Assembly: GCA_951406725.2 (NCBI GenBank)
Contig: OX597821.1
Coordinates: 61,628,001-61,692,000, forward strand
DNA length: 64,000 nt
Origin: Octopus vulgaris
Lineage: Eukaryota
Reading direction: 5' to 3'
Shown: positions 52,783 through 64,000 of the stretch, piece after piece
How positions within the stretch are numbered: the stretch's first letter is position 1
How the letters are laid out: each line of letters opens with the position of its first letter
Notes under the pieces: model-generated
What the model saw: the letters and a program-made list of their open reading frames with translations, nothing else
What the model was told of the DNA's origin: nothing
Database searches by the model: none
Made by a program: the position numbers and the translations under genes

Positions 52783-53915
52783 GGATCTTTTCCTTTTGAT
52801 GGACGGGATTTTCTAGTTAACTAAAAAATTTGAAACTTCGTATACTGGTAGAATGTGTCAAAAGAAAACATTATTGTAAACAAAATTGAAAACAAAATTG
52901 TAATTTGTAAGTTTAACGTAGTTTAATTCTTGATAAAGAAACATAGCAGACGCACGCCGCATACACACACACACACATATATTGAGATACATACACACGT
53001 ACACTTGCACACACACACACCCCCCCACACACACACACTCTCTCTGTCACTATCTCTCTCTCTCTCTCTTTCAAACACATGCATATACATTTGCACAAGC
53101 ACATAGTAATTAATATATAAGCGTACACACACATACAAACGGAGATATACATACACATACATACGCACGCAAGCATACATACACGTTCGTGTGTTCGCAC
53201 TGGTGTCGATAGAATCGACTTAATACTTTTGTCTCTCATGCTTTGTCCCCTCTGTGTTTTGCCCTTGCTGCAACAAATTTACACAAAAGGTAAATAAACC
53301 AGAAGGCGGGGGGTCAATGTTTCATCGTTTCGGGGTCGATAAATTAAGTACCAATTACGCACTGGTGTCGAGGATTTTTTTCCCAATTTATATCACAGCC
53401 TCCGACAAGCTGGGGTATCCTTTTATGAAAAAATATTTCGCAAATTTTTACAATACGACCCACACTCCACGCGTACCCTCATATCCTACCCTAGACCGAT
53501 TTAGGCATATTATTGTTTCTGGCCCTTGAAAACCATGGGCGAAGCCTTTTCGGTAAAAAAAAAAATAAAGTAAATATTGAAAAAATATCGTTAATATTTT
53601 TATTGGGCGACGAAATTCATCGATTTAAGAGATATAACTGTTATTTCTAGCACATGCAGAAGACAGAAGACAGAAGACAGAAGAGAGAAGGATGAATAAG
53701 ACGTGTGTGTGTGAGTTTTTAGACGCAGCAAATGATTTGAGCTCAAATGCTGTATTTCATTGGTTAAAATTCAAAGAATTAAACTACGTTAAACTTACAA
53801 ATTTGTTTTCAATTTTGTTTACAATAATGTTTTCTTTTGGCACATTCTACCAGTATACGAAGTTTCAAATTGTTTAGTTAACTAGAAAATTCCGTCCATC
53901 AAAATGAAAAGATCC
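52783..53915. mobile_element. Long-TIR non-autonomous DNA transposon with 8-bp TSD (Merlin-like)
   Basis: ~150-bp TIRs starting GGATCTTTTC; perfect TSD AAAACTTT at 52775-52782 and 53916-53923; interior holds microsatellites and a SINE A fragment. Confidence 0.92.
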
Positions 53916-56330
53916 AAAACTTTTTCTATGCCCACGTCAAAAATCCTGTCGTTACCATTCTCAAGGTAACTGTAGATTTGGCCGCAGCAAGTAACGCTGC
54001 CCTTTCTTCCATCATACCTTATGCCGTAGACTTGTTAAGGCAGCTGTCCATATGGTATAACAGGAAAAACTGTCCTCACCATCACTCGTAATACTGACCT
54101 AAATATAAAGTCCGTAGCCCTGATCCACAAAATGGATGCACAACGGGTGAACCTTCTTCCATAATAAACTGTGCTAAAATTCTCTGTCACTCAGGATGTG
54201 CCTGAACCTAGAATGCAATTTCCACTATGTGAAGGGCACAAAACAAATGAAAACTAAAAATAAACAGCCACAGATGAGTGCAATAAAAACAACAAAAACA
54301 AAAATACAACCACAGTCCACCTCCTAAAACCAAACAATGAAGACAGAACTGTGGTAAAACCATAACACCAAATATCATAAACATGAACAATGCATCATCT
54401 ATCCAAGTGGCAAACCAAATAGGTGGCTCTTTTTACTAACCTAGCGAGAAAATATGAAGACAGACCTAAGTCGAGAGATCCAAAGAGCTATCAGCAGCCA
54501 TATATGGAAAACACAAGAAACACACACCCACCATCAACTAGAACATCACTCCACACACAGAGCTCCATACACAACCTACCCTCACTGCTACGTCTGAGTA
54601 ACATAACGCATAAGACTAGGCACTCAGAAAAATACAAGCAACAAACTGCTCTTGCATCGACATTCCTGCTAAATGTACGTGGCATGAACTCATCACTGAC
54701 TGACTTGAAATAGAAGATCCCGTACACAGAGAATTGACTTACCGAAACGGTACACTGATCCCTTTCTTTATCCATACAGAATCCACACATAAACAGTACT
54801 CACATGAATGCCGGGGTGAAAAAAAAAAAATTCACTATCATCCGTGAAGATCGCACAGACCGAATTAAAGAAGGAAAGGCTTTGGCTGTTAATATCGATT
54901 CCAATCTGTGACTAATACTTCATAATATCTTCGATGTCAGTAGGGTTTGAACTCTGAACATATACTGCTGGAAAATATACTGCGAGGCATTTTCGCTGAT
55001 GCCCTGCCGAGTATTCCAATCCATTGTCGTTATTAGTTTGCCTAAAACGCATGCGCAAAAATATTTGTTGATATGGATATCGCGGCTAAATCCATCCTCA
55101 AATATTTGAATTGCTGAAACAATTAATCACTAACAAACAAAATAATAACGAGAAATAGTTAATATTTTATCTGAGCTGTGCAGTTTCTTGCGTTCTCTTG
55201 TCATTCTATGTAATTATAGATTCGCATTTGAGCGGATTCAAGCGAAAGTAGGACGAAAACAAACAGATTTTCGTTGGTCATTTGTCTGTAACATATCAAC
55301 TAGAATTATATATGGATATCGATGACGCGGCTAAATGCCTGACATCAATCTTCATGGGAGAATTTGACAACAATGTATTAATTATCGACATAAAGATATT
55401 AAATGCCTATAATGATGTGGAGAAGATAACTGAAAACCTTAGAAATTACAGCGGCCGTGCTATTGAATTAATTACCCTATGGAACTTAAGTACTGTGTTT
55501 ATCAATGGGAACAACTGCAGTGACAGGCAACTGTTTTTATAATGCCATTGATAAATTACTTGTCATGATGCAGTTAGGAATACTTCACTAAATAGTGTTA
55601 CTACGATCTCTAAATATGGTTACAATATTTTCATATAACATCTAATCACTCTGTACTTTACCTTGATTGTAAACTTATTTGTTAAAGCTGAACGTTCATG
55701 TTACCCTGAGTGTAGATATTCTATTGAACATTTTCTTTTCTTTACTCTTGGATATTAACATTCGAGGTTATCCTACTTGTTGATTTTGAGCACTTATTTA
55801 TATGCATATTCACGAGGAGATTTCTAATCCCGCTTCAAAATAGGGAGCATTCAATGTATTCCTCAAACAATGAGAAAATAATAATAATAATGATATTATT
55901 ATCAGCAATTATCAACAATTTCCCAACTTATTTCTGAAAATATTATGACTTTATTTTAGCTTTTTGTTTTAACCCTGGAGATTTCATTGCATTTATTTCT
56001 ACTTTCCTGCAATATCAATATAATATTTTTAAAAAATTGCTCTAACCGATTGGAATCCTTAAGTCTTACATACAGTAGCCTACAGAAGTCAGAACAGACT
56101 AAAACTGGTCCCTGTTTTGCTAGGTAGGTGCAAGACCATTCATTCATTTTGTTTTAAATAATCTCTGATATATTCAAATTTATATTTAAAAAAAGATTCT
56201 ATTTAAATGTACACAGATGGTTTCCATTTGGTTCCACACACAAATACATTTCCGTTTATTCCAATGAAGGCCAGTCACTAGTTCGATAGCTATATATGCA
56301 TATATCAGATATATCAAAATCTACACTCTA

Positions 56331-56893
56331 TTGGGTTGTCCGGAAAGTTCATGCCGATTTTTAAAGGAAAGAAAAAGGTCAATAAATACTTGCCATTGCA
56401 TGTTTAATCAACCAAATATGAACCATTTTGTTGCACAATGCGTCTCCATCTTTCCTTTAACTTGAAAATACCATCTTCCCAGAACTGAGGTGGGTTCATA
56501 GCAAAGAATTCATCAAGGTATCTTTTTACGTCATCCAAGGAATTGAACTTTTTACCATTAAGACTATTCTGCAGAGACCTGAATAAGTGGAAATCCGAAG
56601 AAGCAATATCTGGTGAAGATGGAGGGTGAAGTAATACATCCCAGCCGAGCAGCAGCAATTTTTGTCAGGTTCCCAAAGCATCAAGTGCCGAAAATGAACT
56701 TTCTTATCTTCCATTTTAAAAGGTTACAGAATTAACACAGGTTATAAGAACATAAACCTCTTTCCACAAATAGATAGCTTAAACTGTGCTCTAAATGGAG
56801 TAGTCAAATCCTATTTTATGGACTCAACCATGTTCTAAAATATGTCGAAAGGTAAGCTACTATAAATCGGTACGAACTTTCCGGACAACCCAG
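56331..56893 (-). mobile_element. Second copy of the internally deleted mariner
   Basis: Same TIRs and same deletion junction as 18122-18683; TA on both sides. Confidence 0.95.
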
Positions 56894-57100
56894 TACAAGA
56901 ACACCTTGCATAGAAAGTCATGCAATTTCCGTACAAACACTCGGACTACTTCCTTGATATCCCCAATTAAAGTTCATTGAACAGCACAATTGCAATTACA
57001 GCTTATCAATTAATTTAGTACGCACATCTTTTGATTTTTAAAAAATGTTTCACTTGTTAGACATGTATCACAAACGCTTTTCTTAAACAAAACCGATATT

Positions 57101-57790
57101 AATATTTTGTCGACAAACTGGCAGAATCATAAGCATGCCGAGAAAAAAGATTAGCGGCATTTCGTCCGTCCTTACATTCTGAGTTCAAATTCTGCTGAGG
57201 TTGACTTTGCATTTCATCCTTTCGGAGTCGATAAAATAAGTACCAGTTGAACTCTGTGGTTGATGTAATCGATTAGTCCCTTCCGCGAAATTGCTGGCTT
57301 TGTGCCAAAATTTGAAACGAATATTTTGTTGAATATAAGGCGGTGAGCTGGGAGAGTCGTTAGCACGTCGGGCAAAATGATTAGCGACTTTTCGTCCGTC
57401 TTTACGTTCTGAGTTCAAATTCTCCCGCGGTTAACTTTACTTTTCATTCTTTCGGGATCGTTAAAATAAGTACAAGTTGAACACTGCTGTTGATATATTT
57501 AATTTACCCCTCCCTCAAAATTGCGGTCCTTGCGCCAGAATTTGAGACTAATATTTTGTGGAATCTAAGGCAGAATCGTTATCACGCCGAGAGAAATGCT
57601 TAGCGGCATTTCATCCATCTTTACGTTCTGAGATCAAATTTTGCCGAGGTCAACATTGTCTTTCATCGTTTCGCGGTGGATTATAAAAGTATCACACTTT
57701 AAAACTGGGGTGGATGAAGTTAAATTCCCCTCCCCTAAAAAGTTGTTGGCCATTCGGCAAAATTCGAAAAACAATATTTTGTCGAATCTA
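57101..57790 (+). mobile_element. Three tandem diverged SINE family A copies
   Basis: ~225-bp units separated by AATATTTTGTNGA(ATCTA) at 57101, 57320, 57550 and 57773. Confidence 0.88.
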
Positions 57791-58702
57791 CACAGTAATT
57801 CAAAATTCTCGGCAACTTTCCCGATTATAAAGAAGGGAACGTTGAATCTACTTCTCAACAGTATTGACCCCCACTTGGTTTGGAAGTACTTGAATAACTT
57901 GAAGTACCCATCCTCATAAGTCGGCTAAAAATTTTGAAAAGAAAATGATAATGCATTATACCGTACATGCTAAACTTCTATTCTTAGGCGCGTATTTTCC
58001 TGTACCCCACCCCCGCAGCGTAGTGCTGTTCTACAAAAAAGTTATGACTCATTAATTTTTTCAATGCAGTAGAATGTTTATCAATATTGATTATTATTAG
58101 CACTATGAGCTCATTAAGACCTGTTTTGTATTCGATTCTGTCATATTTCTGGCCATTAATTCTATTAATTCTCTCTAGCATTTCCATTAAATTGCCTATT
58201 AGCTAAAACACAATTGTTTTTTCTTTAATATGAAAAAGACTTCTAACAGAACTGACAGAAGTGTTTTTTTTTATTATATATATACATGCATACATTTATA
58301 AATACACGAATAGACACACACACATACACACACACACATACACACATACACATATATGTATTTATATATACATATCTATACACACATACATATATATTTA
58401 TATGTGTGTGAGTGTGTATGTATAATGTATGGATATTTGCATATTATTTATACCTTAAATAGTTATATATGTCTACACATATAATATTACATATATGTGT
58501 ATATGTGTTTGTGTGTATGTATAATATATTCATGTTTGGGTAAAGACACTCACTAGGATTTTAAAGATTGTTAATAAGTTTAATGTTGCTTCTTTAACTA
58601 TTTCACATTAATCTAGAATTTTCAAACTAGTCTGAAGATTCTCATACTTTCATATAACAGTTAATTGAATTAAAGGAATCTAATTTCTTTGAAAAAGTAA
58701 AG

Positions 58703-58783
<81 letters not shown>

Positions 58784-58808
58784 AATCTCTCTCTCTCTCT
58801 CTCTCTCT

Positions 58809-58867
<59 letters not shown>

Positions 58868-59040
58868 TTGTGCGTGTGTTTGTGTGTGTATCTTACATTT
58901 TTGCATGTCAAGTTGTTACTGGAAATCACAGGCGTAACGGCTGTTTCATTTTCCAATGAAAATCTTAAGTACATTTGTCCTTGCCTATAATGTGATTTTT
59001 GATAATTTTTCATATTTATATGCATACATATATTTTATGC

Positions 59041-59087
<47 letters not shown>

Positions 59088-59161
59088 CTTACATACATGA
59101 ACATATGCATATACACACACATATATATATATATACATATGCATATGTTCATGTATGTAAG

Positions 59162-59221
<60 letters not shown>

Positions 59222-59908
59222 CATATGTATACATATATTTCTATTTCTATCTATCTATCTATCTATCTATGTTTTGCCATATTTCTCCTTCGCTCTATCT
59301 CTCTCAATTTTTCTCCCTCTCTGTCTTTCTCTGCTTTTCTATCTCTATGTCTCTATGCCTATAGTATATGCATACACACCGACAGACTATGATTAAGGTA
59401 TAAATTTATAGCCAGACACACGTAGTAAAACTGTTAGCCATGAAGGTAAGTTCGAAACTATTTCACCACATATATCATTCTTGGAAATATATCAAAGTAC
59501 TTTATTCCCCCAATTAGATTTTGTTCTTTATAATGTAATAAACGAAGTCAATATCTGCAGAATTGCCTACCCATATTTTCGTTAATATAACTATTGTACA
59601 TAATTGTCTAACATTAAATTTGACTTCTAACTTATAATTCATCTCCCCTGGCGAACTTGCTAACGAGACAAGCTTTTGATCTGTGAGTATTCTGGAGCTG
59701 GACTGAAGCATAACGCATTAGCGTTATTGCATGCTTAGTACATTACGATGTCTTCCTCCGGCCTTTAATACGAAAGTTTTATCACATTCAATTGAGAAAA
59801 TCATTTCACTAACTTCACTAATCAAATATCACGCGACTTTCAATTCATCTTTTGATAGCTATAAATCCTTTAAATGAGAATATTGCTGACGATCGTGAGA
59901 ATAATGAT

Positions 59909-59998
<90 letters not shown>

Positions 59999-60354
59999 GC
60001 ACTTCCTTACATAAAATATCAATTGTTGACGAACAGGTGCGCATTCTATTGTTTCCACTTCATTATGTTTCGCCAATAAGTTGTTAATCTATAACTTGCA
60101 AGAAATTTGATGATGGAGATTTACAAATATTAAATCTTATTTCACCTTTGCTATTGAACGACTTGCATTATATAAAATGTATTACTGTTGTATTACTGTT
60201 TCAGAACACGTTGAACATCATTTGTTCTTGAAAGTTCACGAAATCTCTTTGTTAAAATATTCGCGGAGAGAAAGGCGTCGGTTATGCGATTTACGAATTG
60301 AAAAGTGTAGAGGTATTGAAAGTAGGATATATTTTTTTTAAATAGGTATACTCA

Positions 60355-60515
60355 AAGGTGAATGGTTAAGAAGCTTGCTTTTCAGCAGCATAGGTTGTGT
60401 TCAGTACCACTGCACAGCATCTTTAGTAACTTTTACTATAACCCAAGCAATGACCACTAATACGGTTGGGAGTAGATTTTAGTAGACAAAAACTGTTGGA
60501 AAAGCCAGTCGTATA
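60355..60515 (+). mobile_element. Diverged SINE family B 5' half
   Basis: TGGTTAAGAAGCTTGC..GTTCAGTACCACTGC..TACTATA..GTAGAC..AAACTG. Confidence 0.6.
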
Positions 60516-60517
60516 TA

Positions 60518-60910
60518 CTCTTTTACTCTTTTACTCTTTTACTTGTTTCAGTCATTTGACTGCGGCCATGCTGGAGCACCGCCTTTAATCGAGCAACTCG
60601 ACCCCGGGACTTATTCTTTTGTAAGCCCAGTACTTATTTTATCGGTCTCTTTTGCCGAACCGCTAAGTAACGGGGACATAAACACACCAGTATCGGTTGT
60701 CAAGCAATGCTAGGGGGACAAACACATACACGCATATATATATACATATATACGACAGGCTTCTTTCAGTTTCCGTCTACCAAATCCACTCACAAGGCTT
60801 TGGTCGGCCCGAGGCTATAGTAGAAGACACCTGCCCAAGGTGCCACGCAGTGGGACTGAACCCAGAACCATGTGGTTGGTAAACAAGCTACTTACCACAC
60901 AGCCACTCCT
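60518..60910 (-). mobile_element. SINE family B, near full length
   Basis: Closely similar to 51021-51444; (TACTCTTT)n tail at the left end. Confidence 0.92.
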
Positions 60911-60967
60911 ATGAATAAAGCATATTACGAACTTCCGGTATTTGAGTACTATTTTTCCACATTGTTT

Positions 60968-61013
<46 letters not shown>

Positions 61014-61528
61014 TATGTGTATGTATATTTGTATATGTATACATGTATGCATGTGTGTATCGTTGTATTTGTCATTGACAGCACCATTACTTGGCAACAA
61101 TATCGGTTCGTTTACGTCCCCGTTATTTAGAATGAACACCAGAAGTAAAGCATGAATATTGGTATTGATTTCTTCAACTAAATCTTTCTTAAACAGTGTC
61201 CCTGAATGACCGTCGTCTAATGACTGATACAAGTAAAAGATAGAAGTTTTGGATTTGTCAGCAAGATTTATAAACATGTTAGTTTTATGAATTGGCTGAT
61301 TGTCTGAAATGAACAAGTCGTGCCGTTGGTGATAATAAACACTTACAAACACAAACACACAAACAACAATTTCCAAACCACATATCTCTTCCGAGATTAT
61401 AAGCGTATGTATGTAAGGAGATCATTCAGCTGATTTAGTAACGTGTTACTCTGGGTTTGTCATTGTGTCGCCAACGCTCAGAAAAGTACGACTAGGCCCC
61501 CAATATGATATATATATATATATATAAC

Positions 61529-61643
61529 AATTGTAGCGTGGAAGGTGTTTATAAGCCATTTAAGAAACACACACTGTTGAAGTGAATCTAACAGTTTTTG
61601 TGTGTTTCTTAAATAGCTTATAAACACCTTCCACGCTTCAGTT
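61529..61643. repeat. Hairpin with ~45-bp arms
   Basis: AGCGTGGAAGGTGTTTATAAGCCATTTAAGAAACACACA versus TGTGTGTTTCTTAAATAGCTTATAAACACCTTCCACGCT; ~25-nt spacer. Confidence 0.93.
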
Positions 61644-61729
61644 GCTTACGTTCCAGCACATGATCTCAGATCAGGTCACTTGCTATGCAAGTACATCTCC
61701 GTAATATATAAATATAAATATAAATATAA

Positions 61730-61806
<77 letters not shown>

Positions 61807-61834
61807 TGTATGTATATGTTTTTGTGCCTGTATC

Positions 61835-62012
61835 TGTCTCCCCGACCATCACTTGACAACCGATGCTGGTGTGATTACGCCCCCGTAACTTAGCGGTTCG
61901 GCAAAAGGCACTGATAAAATAAGTACTAGGCTTACAAAGAATAGGTCCTTGGGTCGATTTCTTCGACTAAAGGCGGTGCTCCCGCATGGCCTCAGTAAAA
62001 TGACTAAAAAAC
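61835..62012 (+). mobile_element. SINE family B 3' half
   Basis: CTTGACAACCGATGCTGGTGTG..AACTTAGCGGTTCGGCAAAA..AAGGCGGTGCTCC. Confidence 0.85.
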
Positions 62013-62039
62013 AGTATATATATGTTGGAACTTGGATTG

Positions 62040-62280
62040 CTACAGACTCTTTTATCGTTAAGTGAATGAAATATATATAAAAATGTAACCAGATGTGAAT
62101 CGTTGGCAATTTTCCTCCTCTGTCTTCCATTCTTTTGGACTTTACTCTATTTCTGAAGAAGAGCTTTGCTCGAAACGTTAAACCGTCTTTCTTTCCTTTC
62201 CTGGACGTCTGCTAATACATTACATGTACCATGTCCTCGCGTTGTTGATTTTTTTATGTTTGTTCTTCTTTTTTAGGATT

Positions 62281-62282
<2 letters not shown>
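62040..62282 (+). mobile_element. PLE-type terminal repeat with minimal hammerhead (62150-62182)
   Basis: ttt-CTGAAGA-a-GAGC-ttt-GCTC-GAAAC-GTT-aaa; palindromic AACGTT in place of a looped stem III. Confidence 0.65.
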
Positions 62283-62319
<37 letters not shown>

Positions 62320-62324
<5 letters not shown>

Positions 62325-63180
62325 AAGTCAAACCCAAAGGCCTTCTTTCATTAAGCGAAAGAATCGGCCTCAGTACGCTGAAAGATAGGACCCCTGTTCG
62401 AAAAGGATGGCTCCTTCACAGACAGTTCAACCAGGATCAGTGAGGTACTGAATGACCTGTTCAAAAGTGTCTTTACCACCCCATTGGAACACAGACAAAT
62501 GAACGAACCAGTGGACTTCTTTGCCGATTCGCCTACAACCAGTGAGGCAATTACGATGGAATACATTGACATTAGCGAAGAAGATACGCTACTAGCCATT
62601 GATGAGGTGGACGTAAACTCAACTGCTGGTCCTGATGGTTTCCCAGCAATCCTCCTCAAATCGTATAAGTGTGCCCTGGCAAAGCCTCTCCAGATTCTCT
62701 GTCAGAGCATTCTTTCAAATAGCAGACTGCCAAGCAAGCTGAAGGAAGGACTAATATGCCCAATCCTTAAAGGGGGAAGCAGAGCCGATTCCAAAAGTTA
62801 TAGGTCTATCTCTCTGACTTCACACATCAGTAAAGTCATGGAACGGGTAGTCAGAGGGAAACTAATAGCATTCCTTGAAGAAAATTACTTGCTGAGTGAT
62901 ACCCAGCATGGCTTCCGACTAGGTAGGTGCTGCAACATTATGACTGGGTGCTGAGGCAGTTACTCAACAACTCAAATATGGACGTAATATGCCTTGGTTT
63001 TGCGAAAGCGTTTTACAAATTGGACCGCTTACTGTCGAGAGTCCCATATGAACCTACCCCACGGCAGGAGGTGTACATGAGGGTAGCTACATCAAACACC
63101 ATTCTTCCCCAAGTTCCACACATCGGAGGAGGCTCTCAGTAATAACAGTGTAGCCGTAGCTCTGAGCTGAAACTACAGTA
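62320..63180 (+). mobile_element. CR1-group LINE ORF2 fragment with internal deletion
   Basis: LNDLFKSVFT, STAGPDGFPAILLK, SYRSISLTSHISKVMERVV, QHGFR, LGFAKAF joined directly to the C-terminal KLDRLLSRVPYEP. Confidence 0.88.
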
Positions 63181-63294
63181 ATTGAATTTTAAAAAAATAT
63201 ATATATATGTCTTCGCATGTAACACAAGTTAACGCTGCAATGCTATTTTGGGCGATGTGCCCTTTGTGTAAAGCATTTAATTATTACATTTGGG

Positions 63295-63840
63295 AAGGCG
63301 GCGAGCTCATAGAAATGTTAGCACGCCGGGCGAAATGCTTAGCGGAATTTCGTTTGCCGCTAAGTTCTGAGTTCAAATTCCGCTGAGGTCTACTTTGCCT
63401 CTCATCCTTTCGGGGTCGATTAAATAAGTACCAGTTACGCACTGGAGTCGATATAATCGACTTAATCCGTTTGTCTGTCCTTGATTGTCTTCCCTGTGTT
63501 TAGCCCCTTGTGGGTAGTAAAGAAATAGGTATTTCGTCTGCCGCTACGTTCTGAGTTCAAATTCTGCCGAGGTCGACTTTGCCTTTCATCCTTTCGGGGT
63601 CGATTAAATAAGTACCAGTTATGCACTGGAGTCGATGTAATCGACTTAATCCGTTTGTCTATCCTTGTTCGTCCCCGCTGTGTTTAGCCCCTTGTGGGTA
63701 GTAAAGAAATAGGTATTTCTACCATCTTCCCTATCTGAGTTCAAAGTATGGTGAGGTTGACTTTGCCTTTCAGGGTCGATAAAATAAGTATCGATCTAAC
63801 ACTTTCTGAAGTTGCTGAATTGTGCCAAAAGTCTAAATTT
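63295..63840 (+). mobile_element. SINE family A with ~185-bp internal tandem units
   Basis: One head, two near-identical body units ending GTAAAGAAATAGGTATTTC, and a diverged third unit with the terminal tail. Confidence 0.9.
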
Positions 63841-64000
63841 ATTATTGTATATGCATCAATATATCTTTTGTTCGTATGTAACATTCGGAATAGTTATCCG
63901 GGTTGGTGCTTCCTAATAAGTGATGCTAATTATGTATATAGCTTCTGTAATTGAAATTTTTCTTGATTAATAGATAGCATGGCATATAATCGATGAAATA

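Larger units (their letters stand above)
52230..54885 (+). mobile_element. Decayed CR1-group LINE 5' region (ORF1 and start of AP endonuclease), split by a MITE
   Basis: Cys/His-rich ORF1-like CPYGITG..CPHHH..NGCTTG..LC..CLNLECNFHYVKGT at ~54045-54240; FLLNVRGM, LTET and FTIIREDRTDR endonuclease motifs at 54660-54870. Left boundary uncertain. Confidence 0.65.

Noticed and set aside
57101-57790. CRISPR-like repeat/spacer periodicity
   Set aside because: The intervening units are homologous ~210-bp SINEs, the context is eukaryotic and no cas genes are present.

Overview
AT-rich, microsatellite-dense metazoan DNA made up largely of transposable elements and their remnants. The SINE/LINE/microsatellite repertoire looks to me like a cephalopod (Octopus) intergenic or intronic region; this is inference, not a database result. 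No host protein-coding gene, rRNA, genuine tRNA gene or CRISPR array could be supported. The only long ORF is a 5'-truncated but otherwise uninterrupted RTE-clade LINE (31.4-34.2 kb). Also present: a decayed Ty3/Gypsy gag-pol, R4/Dong-type fragments beside (AAT)n, Tc1 and mariner elements, two GGATCTTTTC-ended MITEs with 8-bp TSDs, a non-autonomous Helitron, a Tx1/L1-like element sitting in (ATCT)n, CR1-group remnants, several tRNA-type SINE families (A, B and C are my own labels) and Penelope-like elements (PLEs). The main signal not visible in the ORF track is a set of about nine minimal type I hammerhead ribozyme motifs, some intact and some decayed, in PLE-terminal repeats. Some of these termini form fold-backs, and in one fold-back only one arm keeps the ribozyme. 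Coordinates were read by eye and may be off by a few bases, more for decayed elements.
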